Source: Methanopyrus kandleri AV19 (lineage in GTDB: Archaea; JAADCQ01; Methanopyri; Methanopyrales; Methanopyraceae). From it: a stretch of DNA of 32,000 bases. The notes below the pieces were generated by a model. The model worked only from the letters and a program-made list of their open reading frames with translations, was not told the DNA's origin and ran no database searches. This document shows, in pieces, positions 28,106-32,000 of the stretch. The position numbers and the translations under genes were made by a program. The stretch's first letter is position 1, and every line of letters starts with the position of its first letter. Location: assembly GCF_000007185.1 (NCBI RefSeq), contig NC_003551.1, positions 1,470,001 through 1,502,000 on the forward strand. Reading direction: 5' to 3'.

Positions 28106-28585
28106 TTGGTCGAGTACGCCCACTCGAAACCTGTCGACCCGGAAGAGTGGACCGTTATCGATGCCGAAAACGCCGTGCTCGGTCGCCTAGCCAGCGTGGT
28201 GGCGAAGAGGATCCTCAAAGGCGAGAGGATCGCCGTCATCAACACTGAAAAAGCCATCATCACCGGCAAGAAGAACACCATCAAAGAGGAGTGGCTGCAG
28301 AAAATCCAGCGAGGTGACCCGAAGAAGGGTCCGTTTTACCCGAGGAGACCCGATCTGATCTTCCGCCGGGTAGTCCGCGGCATGCTCCCGTGGAAGACCA
28401 AGCGCGGGCGTGAAGCCTTCAAGCGGCTTCGCGCGTATATCGGTACACCGAGATGGGTCGAGGAGGCGAACATCGAGCCCGAGCGGGTTGCCGAGGCTGA
28501 CATGAGTCGGTTGGGACACCTCTGGTACGTAACTCTCGGCGAGCTCTCGGAGGAGCTCGGTTACCAGATGCCGGGGGGCCAGTAA
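28106..28585 (+). CDS. rpl13: 50S ribosomal protein L13 (uL13)
   Basis: 159 aa with a TTG start. VIDAENAVLGRLASVVAKRILKGERIAVIN...VVRGMLPWKTKRGREAFKRLRAY. Confidence 0.95.
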   Translation: MVEYAHSKPVDPEEWTVIDAENAVLGRLASVVAKRILKGERIAVINTEKAIITGKKNTIKEEWLQKIQRGDPKKGPFYPRRPDLIFRRVVRGMLPWKTKRGREAFKRLRAYIGTPRWVEEANIEPERVAEADMSRLGHLWYVTLGELSEELGYQMPGGQ

Positions 28586-28990
28586 ATGGGTAGGGTCGTC
28601 CAGACCACAGGTAAGAGGAAGACCGCCATCGCCCGGGCCGTCATCCGGGAGGGTGAAGGTAGGGTCCGCGTGAACAAGCGGCCGGTGAACATCATCGAAC
28701 CTGAGATGGCCCGGATGAAGATCATGGAGCCACTCATCATCGCGGGTGAGGACATCGTCAGTCAGGTCGACATCGACGTGAAGGTTCAGGGAGGCGGATG
28801 GATGAGCCAAGCCGAGGCTGCCCGTATCGCCATTGCCCGAGGCCTCGTCGAGTGGACCGGTGACCCGGACCTACGGGATGCTTACATGGCCTACGACCGC
28901 CACATGCTGAAAGGTGACCCGCGCCGTAAGGAGCCGAAGAAGTTCGGTGGCCGCGGTGCCAGGGCACGGAGACAGAAGAGCTACCGTTAA
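28586..28990 (+). CDS. rps9: 30S ribosomal protein S9 (uS9)
   Basis: 134 aa, starting immediately after the L13 stop. [23 protein letters not shown]...[19 protein letters not shown]...RRQKSYR. Confidence 0.95.
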   Translation: MGRVVQTTGKRKTAIARAVIREGEGRVRVNKRPVNIIEPEMARMKIMEPLIIAGEDIVSQVDIDVKVQGGGWMSQAEAARIAIARGLVEWTGDPDLRDAYMAYDRHMLKGDPRRKEPKKFGGRGARARRQKSYR

Positions 28991-29005
28991 GGCGGGTGTC
29001 CACGG

Positions 29006-29224
29006 ATGATCATACCGATCAGGTGCTTCACCTGTGGGCGCCCCATCGCCCACCTATGGGAGAAGTACGTGGAGTTGATCGAAGAGGAGGGAATGGAACC
29101 CGGGGAGGCACTGGACGAGCTAGGCGTAGATCGGTACTGTTGCAGGAGGATGTTCCTGTCCCACGTCGACCTGCTCGAGGAATCCCTCCCCTACACGCCA
29201 CCCCGGCTCGGAATGCCCCGCTAA
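29006..29224 (+). CDS. rpoN: DNA-directed RNA polymerase subunit N (Rpo10)
   Basis: 72 aa. [21 protein letters not shown]...[18 protein letters not shown]. Confidence 0.95.
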   Translation: MIIPIRCFTCGRPIAHLWEKYVELIEEEGMEPGEALDELGVDRYCCRRMFLSHVDLLEESLPYTPPRLGMPR

Positions 29225-29234
29225 ATTCTTAAAC
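29223..29234 (+). promoter_or_regulatory. Candidate TATA-like box for tRNA-Pro
   Basis: AAATTCTTAAAC is the only AT-rich stretch in the 43-bp rpoN-tRNA spacer, about 35-45 nt upstream of the tRNA 5' end. Confidence 0.35.
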
Positions 29235-29267
29235 ACGATCTTCTGGGAGTCCTCCGGTCCACGTCAA

Positions 29268-29357
29268 GGGGCCGTGGGGTAGCCTGGTCTATCCTCCGCG
29301 GCTGGGGAGCCGCGGCCCGGAGGCCGCGGGACCCCGGTTCAAATCCGGGCGGCCCCA
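29268..29357 (+). tRNA. tRNA-Pro (anticodon GGG) with a 15-nt intron at the canonical 37/38 position
   Basis: Hand-folded. Acceptor GGGGCCG/CGGCCCC; D arm GGGT-AGCCTGGTCT-ATCC; anticodon stem CGCGG/CCGCG with loop CT-GGG-G (GGG at 29304-29306); T arm CCCGG-TTCAAAT-CCGGG; discriminator A. The intron at 29308-29322 sits in a bulge-helix-bulge: 3-nt bulges GGA and AGG flank the 4-bp helix CUGG/CCGG. The mature length is 75 nt. CCA is not fully encoded (ACCC). Confidence 0.85.
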
Positions 29358-29360
29358 CCC

Positions 29361-29387
29361 CCCAATTGTTACGTTAACCGTAACGAT
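29361..29387. repeat. Left arm of an inverted repeat bracketing the 453-aa secreted-protein gene
   Basis: CCCAATTGTTACG (29361-29373) is the exact reverse complement of 30905-30917. Extending inward gives 22 of 27 matches. The arm contains a local hairpin GTTACG-ttaac-CGTAAC (29368-29384) and starts 4 nt after the tRNA-Pro 3' end. Confidence 0.8.
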
Positions 29388-29505
29388 GTTGGCGAGTCGA
29401 TTCGGCTTTAGGACTCTTGTGCACAACGATACCGCACACCGGTTACGAACGGGATAATACCCTCAAGCCCACGGCGGGATCGACGGGTGCAGGGGGTGAG
29501 ACCAC

Positions 29506-30867
29506 ATGCGAGCCGTAGCTACACTCCTGACCTGCATGCTGGCCCTAACCGGAGCCGCGTCTGCGGGTAAGTACTTCGAAGTAACCCAGACGCCGGTCGT
29601 CGTCAGCCTGCAGGGAGTTCCGCTTTCCGACGTCCGAGTGAAGTTCACCGATGAAGGTAAGCAGGTAGTAGAGAACATACTGTCAGGACTGAAGGTGAAA
29701 GTCGACAGCGAGGAGGTTCAGGTGACCAACGTCGCCCGCAAGATCGCTGAGGCGCGCGAGGGCAACATCACTAACGAGGAGTACGTAGTAGGAGCCCTAG
29801 GATATGAAGTGCCTGAGGGCAAGTACTTCGTAGGTTACCTCCAGGTTAAGAGCGGCGAAGGTGAGACGAAGAAGTACGTCGTACGTTACGAGGAGGAGCA
29901 GAAAGCCGTGATCAAGTCCGCGCCAGGGTTCGGCAGCTTCACCGCGACTGTGGTCCAGGTTCTAGGTGAGTACGACGATAAGGGTCTACCGCTGATGACA
30001 CCATCGATCGATCCGACGGAGGTGAAGGATGAGGTTCTACTGTGCCTGCCGGTGATCAAGGAGATCACCCTGAAGCCGGCAGTGCTCCAAATGGACTGGT
30101 ACAAGATACTGGAGAAGGCGGAGCCGGGTAAGGTGTTCGTGAAGCTGGCCCAGGTACACGCGCACGGTGAGGGCGATAAGATAGAGGTGATATACGCGCC
30201 GACGAAGGTGGACGCCCTACAGCTGCTGGTGAGCGGTGAGGAGCCGCTGATACCGACCCAGGAGGATATGGTATCGACGATCGTGGATCCGTACATGGAA
30301 GAGCTCGAAGCCGTAGTGGACACGAAAATCGACGAGTTCCTGAAGCCGATCCAGGAGAAGGTTCAGGGTAACCCGGCTCTCGAGATCCTGACCGAGAGGT
30401 TCCTGCCGACGTTCCTGAAGACGCTGGCCGGGAAACAGATCCTCAGAGTGAAGGAGACCATCGTAAGCGCCTTGATGCCGCACACCCAGTACGTCAGGAC
30501 GTTCCTAGTGGGTCTGTACATGTCGCAGTACCCGGACGGGGTGAACGTGAACACGTTGATGGCGCGCAAGGCCGCGTACGAGTCGCCGATGTACGAGATC
30601 CTGGTGTCGGCCGTCAAGACATCTTACGATATGATGCTGGAGTCACTGAAGAGCACGCTATCGAACATCATCGACAGTATCGTCGACCAGTACGCGGACG
30701 AGATCGCCGAGATGGTGGGCACGACGACCGAGGACGTCAAGCAGACCGTCGAGAAGCTCACGGTAGGCGTCCTGAAGGACCTGCTGACGGGCGACTACGT
30801 GGACTACCTCATCAAACTGGTAGCACTGAACGTGCTCACGAGCATGGGCTCCATGGGTATTCTCTAG
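29506..30867 (+). CDS. Secreted or membrane-anchored hypothetical protein (Sec-type signal peptide, C-terminal hydrophobic tail)
   Basis: 453 aa, ATG start with a GGGGGTGA SD 8 nt upstream. The N-terminus MRAVATLLTCMLALTGAASAGKYFEV looks like a signal peptide. The C-terminus is hydrophobic (YLIKLVALNVLTSMGSMGIL). No enzymatic motif recognised. Confidence 0.7.
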   Translation: MRAVATLLTCMLALTGAASAGKYFEVTQTPVVVSLQGVPLSDVRVKFTDEGKQVVENILSGLKVKVDSEEVQVTNVARKIAEAREGNITNEEYVVGALGYEVPEGKYFVGYLQVKSGEGETKKYVVRYEEEQKAVIKSAPGFGSFTATVVQVLGEYDDKGLPLMTPSIDPTEVKDEVLLCLPVIKEITLKPAVLQMDWYKILEKAEPGKVFVKLAQVHAHGEGDKIEVIYAPTKVDALQLLVSGEEPLIPTQEDMVSTIVDPYMEELEAVVDTKIDEFLKPIQEKVQGNPALEILTERFLPTFLKTLAGKQILRVKETIVSALMPHTQYVRTFLVGLYMSQYPDGVNVNTLMARKAAYESPMYEILVSAVKTSYDMMLESLKSTLSNIIDSIVDQYADEIAEMVGTTTEDVKQTVEKLTVGVLKDLLTGDYVDYLIKLVALNVLTSMGSMGIL

Positions 30868-30878
30868 CCCCAACCGCC

Positions 30879-30883
30879 TTTTT
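30879..30883 (+). terminator. Oligo-T tract after the secreted-protein gene
   Basis: CCGCCTTTTTCG lies 12 nt after the stop codon. Confidence 0.4.
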
Positions 30884-30890
30884 CGTGCCT

Positions 30891-30917
30891 AACGTTAGCG
30901 TTCTCGTAACAATTGGG
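30891..30917. repeat. Right arm of the same inverted repeat
   Basis: CGTAACAATTGGG at 30905-30917 is the perfect complement of 29361-29373. The imperfect continuation runs back to 30891 and lies just after the T5 tract that follows the gene. Confidence 0.8.
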
Positions 30918-31039
30918 CGGCAGCTTCATTTACCCAGCGCGACGCCACACCTGTAGCGGCACGGCCGAAGGACCGGTGAGGTCACGGGTGTTCCGATGAG
31001 CCGGTGCTCCGGGCCCCCGGTACATCCGACGGCGGCGTC

Positions 31040-32000
<961 letters not shown>

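Noticed and set aside
31008-31017. TCCGGGCCCC resembles the tRNA-Pro T-arm/acceptor junction TCCGGGCGGCCCC and could be an att-type direct repeat marking an integrated element.
   Set aside because: Only 7 contiguous matching bases plus a C-run, with an indel. This is too short to separate from GC-rich background, and no integrase is present.

Overview
GC-rich archaeal chromosomal segment, almost wall-to-wall coding. It uses many GTG/TTG starts, GGAGG/GGGGG-type Shine-Dalgarno sites and 4-nt ATGA/GTGA gene overlaps. Gene content and order are those of a euryarchaeal methanogen. My best guess is a Methanopyrus kandleri-like hyperthermophile; this is inference from the methanogen-type SerRS, very acidic proteins and archaeal ribosomal/RNAP operons, with no database search run. 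I call 43 protein genes and one intron-containing tRNA-Pro(GGG). There are two information-processing superoperons: (1) S6e, aIF2-gamma, PIN, RraA-like, PPase, RpoE', Spt4, DUF359 dephospho-CoA kinase, S24e, S27ae, Bud32 ... Kae1; (2) S13, S4, S11, RpoD, L18e, L13, S9, RpoN, tRNA-Pro. Also present are RPA-RadA, an aconitase-family dehydratase, geranylgeranyl reductase, methanogen-type SerS, S3Ae, UbiX, a BtpA-like TIM barrel, and partial PyrB at the right edge. No CRISPR array, transposase, integrase or rRNA is visible. Items worth a second look: (a) an orphan Cas6-like RAMP gene between kae1 and serS, preceded by a 349-bp non-coding, helix-rich gap; (b) an antisense wHTH hypothetical gene splitting bud32 from kae1; (c) a secreted ORFan next to tRNA-Pro, bracketed by a 13-bp perfect / 27-bp imperfect inverted repeat; (d) several unusually long structured intergenic gaps (rpoE'-spt4, THUMP-btpA, pyrB leader); (e) a four-gene plus-strand cluster of two unknown small proteins with a metallophosphoesterase and an HD hydrolase. 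All family calls rest on motifs I read in the translations and none was checked by alignment.
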